DNA of 62,486 nt, the filler included, from Sphacelaria rigidula (Eukaryota): assembly GCA_964200075.2 (NCBI GenBank). It is 7 parts of 7 records of this genome, joined end to end, with 100 filler letters (N's around TTAATTAATTAA, not from the genome) between each part and the next. Parts side by side here need not be neighbours in the genome. Positions count along the whole stretch, not along the records: positions 26,826 to 35,666 come from CAXNAA020009968.1; positions 35,767 to 44,606 come from CAXNAA020009969.1; 5 more parts are not named here. One strand, written 5' to 3'. Positions 30,192 to 41,900 of the stretch are shown piece by piece (the first letter of the stretch is position 1; every line of letters starts with the position of its first letter). Position numbers and translations under genes: made by a program. Under the pieces are notes generated by a model that was not told the DNA's origin, made no database searches, and was given only the letters and a program-made list of their open reading frames with translations.

Positions 30192-32317
30192 CATTGTGCT
30201 TGTTTAGGTGAAGGTGTCATATCACGGTACATATTCATCTTCGGCATGTCCACACGCACTCTGAATATTTCTGCGCTGACGTAACGCCTTCCTCGGGCAA
30301 CAACAGGATCTCCATACATGACCTCTGAGGACCAACGCCCGGATGGGTAGGGTGAATCGTGTACAGAATCGAGCTTTGTGGACAGTGCAAGGAGGGTTGC
30401 TCGGTGAGGATGGCCTCCTGGACGAGGGTGATGGATAATTCAAGTCCGAGACTACCTGGGTGGGGGCGCACCCCCACTTGGTGCCTACCCGTACCCTAGA
30501 CTGCCTTAATAACAATGATGGTTTGAGGGCTGGTTTCGAGGCGGCGGCGAGGTGGAGCGCACTCGAAAGCGCTGTACAAAACTACAAATAGCGAAGTGCA
30601 CTGTAAAAGTTCCTCACCGTCTTCCGGGAACGAAAAACAAAATAAAAACATGATGACCTGTAGTACAGCACAACTACTTCATCTGTGGGCCCTTGTTGAG
30701 CCATTCGTTCCCGTCATCACACTTGGTATTTTTTTTTTTCGGAGACATTGAGGTTGTGAGGTCGAGATTCTAACGGGAGAAGGGGAAGGCCGTAATGACG
30801 CCGCCAGCGGCGTTTAAAAACAGAAGGTCTTGAAACTGCATAGGATCCAGCAGCGCGGGTGAATATCTGAAAACCAATGACGCCGCTGTTTCTAGGAGGT
30901 GTTCTCGTCGGTGCACCACATGTGCATGCGTTTGATGTGCACCACGAACGGCCGTGTGCATCCAGCACAAAGCCGTGGAAAGGGCCGCCCAGCCAGCTCG
31001 GCTCGCAACCTACACAATAGTTGAGCGCACACCCTAAACTGAGTTTGGTTCATAAAAAGTACAGTACAGTAGTGCCGACAGCCGAAGGGACGTGACTTTC
31101 TTCCCGCAATTCCCCTGTATGCTCAAAGATCTCGGACTAATTTACAGTTTGGCTCCATTCCCCCCAGGCCAGATGTCCCTCAAGTGAAGCCCGAGGTCGC
31201 CAGTGTACAGGTGTTTTTGTTCCACCTGATTTCATCTTCGGGTACTCGGTTATTCAGCGGCTATTCAGCGTCCCCCATTCTCAGAAGTTATTTCACGTCC
31301 GTTCCATTTCCCAGGCCGATTCAATATACATGAAGTCATTCTTCGCACATGTGTTCCTGGATTGCACCCAAGGTAACCTGTGCTGTGTCTGAAAAAGTTC
31401 CTGCCCGTGCCCGGTTTCACCGACTAGTCGGGGTCCCGGTCATTGTATGCTTCACACCCCAGCTTCTCCGACGAAGTTCACATTTGTTCCACTTCTCAGG
31501 TCATTTTTGAGAATCAACGGGGTTTTCGCACAAGAGCTCTTCAACTAAGCCCAGGGTCAGCAGAGCAATGTCTAGGTGTTCGTTCGCTCACTTGGTTTCG
31601 CCAATTTTTCGGGGGTTCCCGAAGACCATAAATGGTTAGGAATCTCCAGGAAGAGCAAAACGAAGCGAATTTGAAGGCATTCAAAACACCGACGACCTCG
31701 GGCTCGTGTCCGAGAACAACTGACTGTGCGCCCGTTCGTCTCCCAGCTCTTGAAAACGGCGAAAGAAATTAGACTATAGCTTGTCATTTATAACGGCCTG
31801 GTGAGACAGCCTGGAACACATGGTCGGAACAACAGTTTCACGTTTGCTCCATTTCTCCCGCCATTTTCGACAACTACTGCACAAAATTTCATGTACGTGT
31901 TAGTGTCGAAAAATCAGATGTCGTCAGTGATTACTGGTGCTGTGCAATTCCGCGCGTTTTCCGCGCGTTTTCACCAGTTTCTTGGAGTCCTCGTGCGCGA
32001 CGGGGTCCTCGAGAAACTGATGAACCCAGCTCGTACTTCGCAAGACTTGAGGGAATTGTATCCAAAAGGGTGCCGCCACGCCTCGGTGGAGTAAAATCAG
32101 TGATACAAGTGACACCATCAGTTAGGTATTATTAGGTAGGAAGATTCAGGACTCGAATTGTGGCAAATGCGAGCTTTCTCCGAGAGGTGCCTGTTTTTTT
32201 TTTTCCCGTTGGAAACGTGAGAGCGCGAGCAGTACAGAAATTTGGTTTCGACACAAAAGTCGATGCGGTGGTGACGGGGCTGATCCAACTCGCGATAACA
32301 AAATGTAGGGCATATAC

Positions 32318-32430
32318 CGGGGGGGGGGGGCGTACTCATTATTTGTTGCTTGCCTAAGTCGTATGACCATTAACCGTGCATTCCTCCTTGTATACTTCAC
32401 TTTCTGTGACCATTGACCACGCATCCCTCC
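32318..32430 (-). mobile_element. Short family A poly(C) retroposon copy
   Basis: G run + CGTACTCATT..TTGTTGCTTGCCTAAGTCGTATGACCATT..CCACGCATCCC, partly duplicated. Confidence 0.7.
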
Positions 32431-33777
32431 TTGTATACTTCATGACCAAAATGAGTCCGGGGGGTCGACAGCGAATTAGTCCATTGTAGTCCACCCGAAC
32501 CGGAAGAACGTGCTCATTTTGACGACCGTGATTGGTCAGAATGCGGGTATCCCGCGCCTCTCGGGCCTGTTGCACGGATCATAATTTTCCGCGGGAAACT
32601 TCCAAACACACATGGTTGACTTGGTGAGCTTTTCGGCTTCTCTGCGGATAGCCCCCCCCCCCCCCCATCAAAAACCACACCCCCCCGCCCATGGAAACCC
32701 CCGGAAGTCTCCGGGTTGTCAGCCTGTGAAACAATTCCGAGGCGATGCTCGCTGTGCAATGGTTAAGCGCCCTGAAGCAGAAGCTACAAATACCGCTGGA
32801 CGTGAACACGATGCAGTGCTGGGTGCCTGAAGTATTCAGTTTGTAATTTCTTCGTAAGTGACGATTTTCTTAGACTCTTTCGCTTGTCACCGCTCATCAC
32901 ATTGAGGATCTGAAGGTACTCGTATCCGCTCCACATTCCAAGAAACGAAAGTTATACGTGCTGAATAATGAGTGATTCACGTGCTGACCGGTCATCGGGG
33001 GTCCTGACACGTTTTAGCCCAGATTCTGACTCTTCGGTATTTTTGGTTGATCGAGCCTGTTCCGATCGCATTTGTGAAGAAATGTCCATTTTTTTCTTCA
33101 ATTCTACCTACTCATTGTACTAGAGCCGAAAAACTGTGTTTCATGGTCAATAACACGCTCCTGGTATACGGGGGTTTTACTCGTATCGCCCGATAAAACC
33201 AACTAAAACTAACTTTGGCACTGAGGGTGGAAGAAGATTTGCTAAATTCAACAAAATCTACCGACGCTAGCACTTTCGAACTCTATCGAAGAGCGGTCGC
33301 GAGAAAAACCCTCATGAACCAAAAATACTTCACGCGAGTACTATAAAGTGGCACAGCTGTGTTGAACAGGGAGCACAAAGGTTTATGGCGGACTGGCGCC
33401 AAAAGGATGACAGAGACAGCGGTACGGCACGCGAGAGCTCCAGGCCAAGATGCACCGACAGCACCTGGGAACGACAGTAGATTTGCTTCCATCTTGTTCC
33501 TGATGGCTCCTTGTCTGTTTTTGTTTGGTCTGTGTTCCGCCCTACCCCCTTCCGCCCCCCCCTCTCCCCCCGGAAATGAGCCTGGCTCTGTTTTTCGTCT
33601 TCCATCTCTTGTATTCTTCCCTCTACATTTTATTCTTCCATTTTTTCCATGTCTTTCATTCTTCTCCAAATATTTTCGGTTTCTGGTCACGAGCTGGATT
33701 GATCCAACTAGCTACGTTATGCGAGAAATGATCTTGTGTCGGTTGCCTTTGTGTTTATGTGTTTATGTGTTTATGTG

Positions 33778-33827
33778 TGTTGTTGTTGTTGTTGCTGTTG
33801 TTGTTGTTGTTGTCGCGGTGGTGGTGT
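33778..33827. repeat. (GTT)n microsatellite in a pyrimidine-rich low-complexity tract
   Basis: TGTTGTTGTTGTTGCTGTTGTTGTTGTTGTC. Confidence 0.85.
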
Positions 33828-34034
33828 CGCTGCTTCCTTTCTTCTTTCCTTCATGTGGCTGTTGCTTCTGTCTTTTTCTCTTCCTTCCCTCCTCTTTTAT
33901 TCTGCCCTTTTTGTTGCTGCTCCTGAATACCGTGGACGTATCGGGTACGAGCAAATTCGATTCCACCGTACGTTTTCGAGTCGAAAACAATTTGATAAGA
34001 CACGGCCTGACCACGGGCTGGATTGTTGCAATCA

Positions 34035-34514
34035 GGCCGGATGTTATGGCAAAAAGATTTTTGGCCCACGAGTTGTTCACCTTTGGGACGTTTGACCCAC
34101 TTTTTGACCCCCGAACAGGGAAAATCGCCAACACATGTCTTGGGACACTTTGCATCACCCCGCACAGGAGCCTAGTCTGTTTTTCAGATTCGCTTGGCTC
34201 CGAGGTTTCGAGATTGCCCGCTGCACAAAAGTTCGTGTTTAATAGTCTGTGCTTGCCGACTCCCCCCAATTTTCTAATGATCTGTGGAGATCGCCGCTGA
34301 TTTTATCGCGCACGGATTATTGTTCAGCGGCCGCTCTCGAAACCTCGGAGCCAAGCGAATCTGAAAAGTGGGCTAGGGACCTCTCTGTGGGGTGATGCAA
34401 GTGTCCAAGACGTGTGTTGGCGATTTTCCCTGTTTGGGTGTCAAAAAGTGGGTCAACCGTCCCAAAAGCGAACAATCCGTGGGCCAAAAACCTGTGCGCC
34501 ATGACATTTGGCCT
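34035..34514. repeat. ~480-bp foldback (long inverted repeat, MITE-like)
   Basis: 34035-34238 and 34310-34514 are reverse complements. Opposite-strand ORFs both read RFLAH.LF.FGT.DPLFD..TGKIANT. Confidence 0.88.
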
Positions 34515-35285
34515 CAGCTATTACAATGTAAGGTACAGTAATCAATCAATCATGAGCATGAGCAGACAAAAAAACAGTTGACTGACTCACGCGGTCATTC
34601 GGCCACCCGTATAAATATGCTCTATCGCGATTTTCATCCTCTCGAGGGGATTTTAGTCCCAGGTGCGATCATAAACGAATCTTCTGGAGGGCATCTGATG
34701 CTCCAGTGACTTCTGAGGTCTGAGCCCCTTTAGAGTAACAAAAAAGATGGTGCTCTGGAGGGCCGCGTATCCTCCAAATTCCTCTGGAGGGATGCGCGGC
34801 CTTCCACGGGAGGAACAAGCCTCTGGAGGCGTTTGATCCCACCCCTCCGGAGGGCCGCGCAGCCTCTTGGGGCGTTTAATTCCTCTGGAGGCTCAAAACG
34901 TTGACCGGAACAGAGTATTTTTGAGGGTAGCCGAATGGCCGCGTGTGGAGTGTTCTTGACGGCAGTTGACGTGGTGCGGGAGTGCTGCATGAATCCGCGA
35001 CATCAAACTGCAAGGCGTTGTCCCGGGATGGATGGATTAATCGGTTCATCTCGAGAGCCCACGGAATCGTCCCGAGGAAGGGGGAGGGTTCAAAGCGTGA
35101 CATGAACCCCCCCCCCCAAATAATTGCCATGATACGTGAGTGCGAACGGTAGCAGCAGCGGTAGAGGACCCTTAAATTCAAGTGAGATATTGAACCATTC
35201 ATGCGAGAAGAAGTCGTTACAGTACTATTACACGTGCATGTGATTTGCAAACTTCGTCGTGGAACCATATATACTCGCTCCAGAG

Positions 35286-35430
35286 GTCAGTTCACCAGTT
35301 GGGATGGTTCACCAGTTGGGATGGTGAGAAATTTGGGACAGTTCACCACTTGGGATGGTGAGAAATTTCTCAGAAACTTATAATTTCGAACAAAGTATAA
35401 CACTAACACTAACCCTAACCCTAACCCCAA
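35286..35430. repeat. Short tandem repeats plus telomere-like (CCCTAA)n tract
   Basis: GTTCACCA(G/C)TTGGGATGGT x3, then TAACACTAACACTAACCCTAACCCTAACCCC. Confidence 0.7.
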
Positions 35431-35666
35431 CGGAGGCACACCGAGAACCCTCGGGCGAGGGGGTGGACAGCGTTGTATGGGCAAAGGGTGCGTTGCCAGA
35501 CCTCAAATCGGCGCCCCAGGCGCTGATTTCGACCAAAACGCGTTCTGCGCAAGCTAGGAGCACGCTTGGATCATAGCTCCATTAGGGCCTGTCTTAACGA
35601 CGGGGATAATCCCCTTTTTCACAATCCCCTTTTGACAGGGGATTGGCCCCATAACGACCAGCCCCG

Positions 35667-35766
35667 NNNNNNNNNNNNNNNNNNNNNNNNNNNNNNNNNN
35701 NNNNNNNNNNTTAATTAATTAANNNNNNNNNNNNNNNNNNNNNNNNNNNNNNNNNNNNNNNNNNNN
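35667..35766. other. Artificial contig linker
   Basis: N44-TTAATTAATTAA-N44. Confidence 0.98.
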
Positions 35767-35974
35767 CATGGGTCCCAAGAATAGAGTTTTTCCCGCCAGG
35801 TGCCTTAAGCGTATCTTAATTGGTACATTTCCCTCTCTATATATATGAATATTTATCAAGGGGCAGTATATATACCATATTATATAGTTATATATTATTT
35901 TCGCTATATAATGCATATATATATATATATATGATACTTATGTTGAAAGATATATTTATATACATGTGTGTGTC

Positions 35975-36400
35975 AAGGAGCAGAAGCAAACATACACCCA
36001 GCAAAGCCCGCCGAATTTTCGGATTTTGTCAATGTTCATTGATCAATTTCTTGCAAAAAAGTTAACAGAAAATATAAAGGAATCAGGATGATTTTAATCG
36101 TCGGAAAAATGCCCTCCGGCATCTGAGGTCATCGGGACAGAGCGGGCAAGGAGCAAAAGCAGACATACGAACCCCACGAAGCCCACCAGACTTTTCGGGT
36201 TCTGTCAGCGTTTATTGGTCAATTTCTTGTGAAAAAGATGACAAAGCAAATCAAAACAGTGTTTGTTGATCAATTCCTTGCGAAAAACTTGACGAAAAAA
36301 AAATCGAAAAAATCATGACAATTTTCGAAAAAATGCCCTCCGGGAGAGGGGGAGGGGGGTGGGGCTACGCGTCCGAAAATTTTCTCCGCGCTGCCCCCTG
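35975..36400 (+). repeat. Internally duplicated repeat, with a diverged direct copy at 43585-43935
   Basis: AATGCCC.CCGGCA.CTGAGGTC.T.GG..CAGAGCGGGCAA.GAGCA, GCCCACC..ACTTTTCGGGTT and AAATTT.CTCCG.GCTGCC are shared by both copies. Confidence 0.75.
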
Positions 36401-37952
36401 ATCATGGTGCAAAACAAGTAAAATGCATAAACGAATTTCGATGCCTCAATATAAATCAAGAATTTCTAGACCTCAAAATAAATGAAGACATGAATGGAGG
36501 ATAAAAAAATATAAGATATAAAAGTACAGGTCACTGCGGAGGGAGGAATCAAACTTAATGCTACAGCAGTGGAATGGTGGACAAAACAAATGATCATGGC
36601 GTGAGCCCTCCATATATAACCATGTATTCGTGAGATTGAGAGTAGCGTATCGGATTGAGAGTGGGGTTTCATTTGAAATGTGGGCAGGGCGTGCTGTTTC
36701 GATTAATGGACAAAAGGCTTAGGCAGGATAATGGCCGTCAATCATGTCGTTCGAGTTGCTGATGTTTGAGTGATGGTGTTCGTGTGGAAACGTTCAACAT
36801 GTTGATGTTTCACCAATTATCATGTGGAAACGCCTGGGTGCGATATTCGGGGAGAATCCTGCGCCTTAAAAATGCTGATACTTCTCTAGTTTTCTCTGAT
36901 ATTCGTGCGGAAACGCCTAGGTGAGACATTGGACGGGAACCCTGCAGCTCAAAATGTTGTGATTTTTCTCATTTCCGCGGATAGGTCTGGAAAAGAGTCA
37001 CAAGACCATTTCCGAGAAAAGTTGCGACGAAGGCAGCCAAAAAATCTGGAAACAATTCCGCGTATCAAGGGATCACTGTTTCTCTCAACTGACCAACTCT
37101 CGACCCTGGAGTCATACCACCGGTTGTATTGCAAACGATCGAGCGGATTCCACGATTGTTCATCATCGCGATAACTACAATTCACCCCTATTTCGCATGT
37201 ATGATGGGTGCGCTTCGAGGCGGAAGACCCCGAGTGGCGGCGAAGACCCGTGGCGAATTAATGAAGCGGTCAACACTGATAGCTCATCACCTTATTGTTG
37301 TCGCCGTAGTTTTCTCAGAAACTCGAACCCAAGTGACACGTGTGTTTGTAGCTTCGTGATCCCGTGAGAGGATGGGGTGCAGACTCGACTCAGATAGTCG
37401 ATCAATGGACACGACTGCGATAGTCGATCAATGGACACGGCTGACTGCCGATCAAGATGAGGAAGAAATGTATATAAAGCTTTGTTGATGAAGAGGAAAG
37501 GAAGGGGAGTGGGCCCAGTAGGCGCCAAAGCCTCAACATGTGACAAGCATCACTCACATATGTCTAGTCGCCAACATCACAATATAAAGTCATCCTGCAT
37601 AGTACCCGGAACTCAAAACAGGTATATCACTAGACTGTTGTACCTTACCCTGACTAGGTGTATCTTATTGACCACCCCAGGCCATCCTACGGACAACGTG
37701 ATCATGATCTAGGTATCGTAACCTGAAACGGCGGCAGACGGCAACTACTCGAAAACAGTCCACGGGCAATATGAGAGCAAGAAAATCATCGAAGGAGGGG
37801 GGAATACATCATCGTATCAGGGACGGTGGTCCAGTTCATGGTGGACCTCTATCACCGTCTGCACCACCGTCCGAACCACTATCATTGCCATTCGATTTAC
37901 CGTCGTCGCACGCCTTCTTTCCGACGCTAACCGTACCGCCTACGTCTTCGGT

Positions 37953-38557
37953 TCAACCGCAGGTATCTTTTCCGCCCCCTGAACCGACACTCCCCTGACC
38001 CTCTGACGCCTGGAAAAGAGTATAATGGCAAAGCAACTCTTCTCCCTTCGCAATAGTACGCGTGAGGTTGAACACCACGCCTTCGTTGCAGCTGTTTAGA
38101 ACAGACTTGATGTGGGCTAGATCGACAACAGCGGTATCGTACTTGGCGGAAACGCTACTAGCTTCTATGTTCGTATCCTCTGCTCGAGGTTCTGAGGAGT
38201 TTATGTAGAAGAAGAAGCTCCTCCGTTCGGGTTTCAGGTACAGCGTAGTACCGTCGTTGGCAACCTCCCAGGACTCCAACAGCTTACTAAATTGAGGCAG
38301 TTTACAGAGTTCGTATCGCGGAACCCCGTCTATCTCCATCACCCCCTCCCTCAATTGCTCCATCTCGAAAGGGATGCGTGGTCAATGATCAAACGACTAA
38401 GGCAAGCAACACATGAGAACGCCCCCCCCAATTGCTCCAAATCGCAAACAACGAAAGTACCCATCAACGGCATAGGCGGCGAGCCTTGGGGGGTCATTTC
38501 CTCCTCCGCGAACAGTCCCAGCCCCCCCCTGCTCGACTTCTGATCATACGTGCACAC
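37953..38557 (-). pseudogene. SET-domain coding remnant interrupted by a 77-bp retroposon insertion
   Basis: KSSRGGLGLFAEEEM (GxG motif I), YINSS..NIE (cf. RFINHS..PN), VVFNLTRTIAKGEELLCHY (cf. A.RDI..GEEL..DY). Removing 38363-38439 restores the frame DLEQLREGV. Confidence 0.75.
38357..38429 (+). mobile_element. Short family A poly(C) retroposon with an 11-bp TSD
   Basis: CAATTGCTCCA duplicated at 38352-38362 and 38429-38439. Confidence 0.85.
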
Positions 38558-38623
38558 GAGAGGGATAAATGGGATGTTTCCAATCGTGAATCATTTGCGC
38601 CCATGACGTTGTAATGCTCTCGA

Positions 38624-38921
38624 CACAACGTTTTCGTGGGATTGAGAGTAGAGCGCTGATCGAGAGGGGCTTCGGTCATTCACTTTAATGTAGCCAATTT
38701 TCATTCCGTGTGTACTTTCTTCGCCGCCATCACTAGCGGGTGCTTACAGCTACACGTTGATATCCTATCCGGGGATATTAAGGGCCTCAGTTGCCAGCTA
38801 CGACAGAAAGCCTATCGGGCCTCGTGTGGGGGCATTTCGGAACTGAAACGCTTCAATCAGTAATTGACCGCGTTTCACTCTCAATTGTAACTTCTACCCT
38901 CAATTTCATGAAAGCATTGTT
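38624..38921. mobile_element. MITE (same family as 29894-30191) with apparent 4-bp TSD TCGA
   Basis: TCGA-CACAACGTTTTCGTGGGATTGAGAGTAGA ... TCTACCCTCAATTTCATGAAAGCATTGTT-TCGA. Excision restores KERSSR-EHYNVM in frame. Confidence 0.8.
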
Positions 38922-41900
38922 TCGAGAGGAACGCTCCTTTATGTGTTTTGGATCTTCAGCAGACAGGGTAGCTTCTTTGCACTTGAGAGCCGAATGTCGG
39001 GAGGTGCTCGCATCTACATACTTGCGCGCGATACGGGTACGATGATTCGCTGCGTTGCAAACGGTAGAGGTCACCTTGATTTTCACGCCGTATAAGCCAG
39101 CATGCTTCCTAGCCACCTCGAGCGCTAAATCATTTTTCTCTCTTTTCGCCTGTCCGTTCGCACCATCGCTGCCGTCGTCGTCGTCGTCGTCATCATCATC
39201 GCCGTCCACGCTGACGTCGATTGTGTGCTCCTCAGCCAAGATGGACTTGGAAAAGTTCGAAACCGGGACACTCTTCGGTAGACGACTTGGTCCCACCCGT
39301 TTCGGCGGCTGAGTTAGTTTGGCGAAGAATCCGCTCTCCAGAGCTTGCTCGCACGCGGTGTCCAATTCTCGTGAGACGTCAGCCCTTCGTTCCGTCTGAA
39401 AGGACACGGATTACAGTTCGCCCTGCACCCAGGACGACAGGAGCTAAGCTTTGGCGGTCTGCGCTCGTCACCAAGACAGCATCGCCTGGTCTGGAAAATC
39501 TGCGACACCGGCAGAAATGTTACCTGCGGTGTGCATCGAAAGGTACGGTAAGAATGGACAGTAACGTGTACAGTATACCGAAGCAGGATCATTGCTCTAT
39601 TGATACTGATTCATCGATCCTGGCGCGGTGTCGCCATCGTGATATCTACAGCTCCCAAGTCGTTGTCCGTCGATTTCTGTGACTGTTATGTGCATCGAAA
39701 AGGTTTAGCGGTAGTGGGATTGTCCCATCCCAAGACCGTTTCATTCATGCGGTGCTTTCTCACCGTTTGATACAATACTTCGCCGTGGAGGACGGAAGGA
39801 ATGTCCCGGCGTCCGGATGCTTCTCCGTGACGATGACGTTTGCCGCCTCCATAACATTCAGGAACTCTTCCCAAGAGGCGGGGGGGGGCTGCGCGGGCAC
39901 CACCGCCCCGGGCCTTGGGAGGGCGACACACATACGTTGGTGACTTATGGGCAACGAGTGCCACCGCGCCGTGCGAAGCGTGGCCCTGTTTCTTACTATC
40001 GGAAATGCGACCAGTCTAGCCGTTGAGGTACACGCTGGAGATGGGGTTGTCTTCGGTGGTTAAATTCTCGAGGGTCAGGACGCCTGCACAGTTCAATGAG
40101 GTAGCAGTGCACAGGCGCGTGTCGCCAAGTGCGTATATCGACGATTTTGCGCGGTTGTGGTTCCACGATATTGCAACACAAGCCTACTACATTGGTGACT
40201 TCGAAGAGGCCCCGTATCGTGTGGGGTGCAGTTCGTGACTGTGATTCACTCAAGTACATCAATGGTGCAGTTGTTGCGAGGGTTGTACAATGACCGCAAA
40301 TTTCCAATTTCGGTTTCGGTTGCTATGATCAGCCCTGGGCGCACGGGTGTCTCAGGTCTCAGGCGGTTGCAGTCGAAGCAATACCGACAGCATCGTTACA
40401 GTGGTGGAGTGTATCAAATACCGTAAAGGGCTGTAGGTGCGGACCAGAGAATACCTACTAAACGAAGCGAAACCTCACTACGGATATGCCGGAGGTCGAC
40501 TGGACACATCTTCCCCATAGCAATAATGAGGGTGCCTTCGCTGTGCATGTTAGCCGCTAGGTCGCTGATGACCGCTCTCAGTCTCCCTGCCGCTGTGGGA
40601 TTGTCTTCGAACACGTCGGTGTGTGATGCTGCGTTCCAAAAGCAAAGCATCGCCTGTAAATCGCACGGCAATTTTCGCTCAAGGCTCACCTCCGAGTCCT
40701 GAATAAAAATCTTCGTCACAGCACCCCTGGTCGATAAAGAGGAAGTGTGGTAAGGGAGGGGGGGAGAGTGATACAAAACAAAAAGGATTCGGATCTGGGG
40801 GTTGGTCGTGCCCCAATCGTCGTAAATGGTCGAAGGACGCGGGCCTCCGTCGTGTACATGGTTCATGGTCGTACCGGGTAAATTCATGATCCACGGCGGA
40901 GTACGTCATATGTCACTTCCTGCTCACTCGTAGCACTACGACTGGTATCATCATACCGTACTCGTTTGCCGCGCTAACATAGAATCATTCGCCATGCACA
41001 CTCCTCCTCGGAGGTTCACTTATAATCCTGTAAATTTTGAACATCACGGCTAGCGGCGGTTGTTACCTCAACATCACCAATCGTACGCTCTGTCTCGTTG
41101 CAGCGGAAATGACGGGAGCGACGGGTTCCCTCTTCCTCTTCGACACCTTCGTCGTGGTCGTGTTGCTCGATCCGTCTTTGCTCGTACCTGCCGTCACGTT
41201 CGTTCATATGCAGCCGATCGAACATACTGTTGGCGTCGGTAGACAAAACCCAAGGTGATGTTCTGATGACCCCATGTTTTTGTAATCTACAGCGATCTCT
41301 CACTTACTCCACGATTAGCCGATCGGGTTCACAGTACTATGTGATGGGAGCGATACCCTCTCGCTGGGTGCTGTGTAGTCGGAAACAGCAATGCTCGCCA
41401 GAAGGTAACTCGCCGGTACCCTTGGCAGTACTGGAATTGGTCGTGGTTTTCGGAGCACTGGGTGTAGCGGTGGCTGTTGCAGTAGCGGACGCCGCACTGG
41501 CGGGTTGCGGCGTGGATACCTTACTTGTGCTAGCAGACACGTTTTTTGAAGCGGCCGACTTCGCTGTCGTCGCAGCCGGTGTTACCTTAGCCGCGTCGTG
41601 ACTAGCCTGCTTCTGGAGAAATGCAGTCTTTTCGGCTGAATCTGCTGCTAGCTTCACGGACTTTATCGCTTTGGCTTTCTTCTCGCTCTCTTTCGCCTCT
41701 GCAGTGTACAGCGAAATTTCCGCCTCTGCTCGTTCTCTTGCCTCTTTGATCTTACTGGTACGCCTGCATGGCTGTTTGCATCTTCTCGTCTTTATCCATT
41801 GTCTGTTATGGAAGATGAGGGGAAATGGTTATCACTGGCCGGCGCATTCTGAGGCGTCGACAGGCGGCCCAGGAATATCTTCTAACTCTCTATTCCCTTA

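Noticed and set aside
33359-34300. Longest ORF (313 aa, hydrophobic)
   Set aside because: It is made of T-rich low-complexity sequence, a (GTT)n microsatellite and a foldback arm. Not a credible protein.
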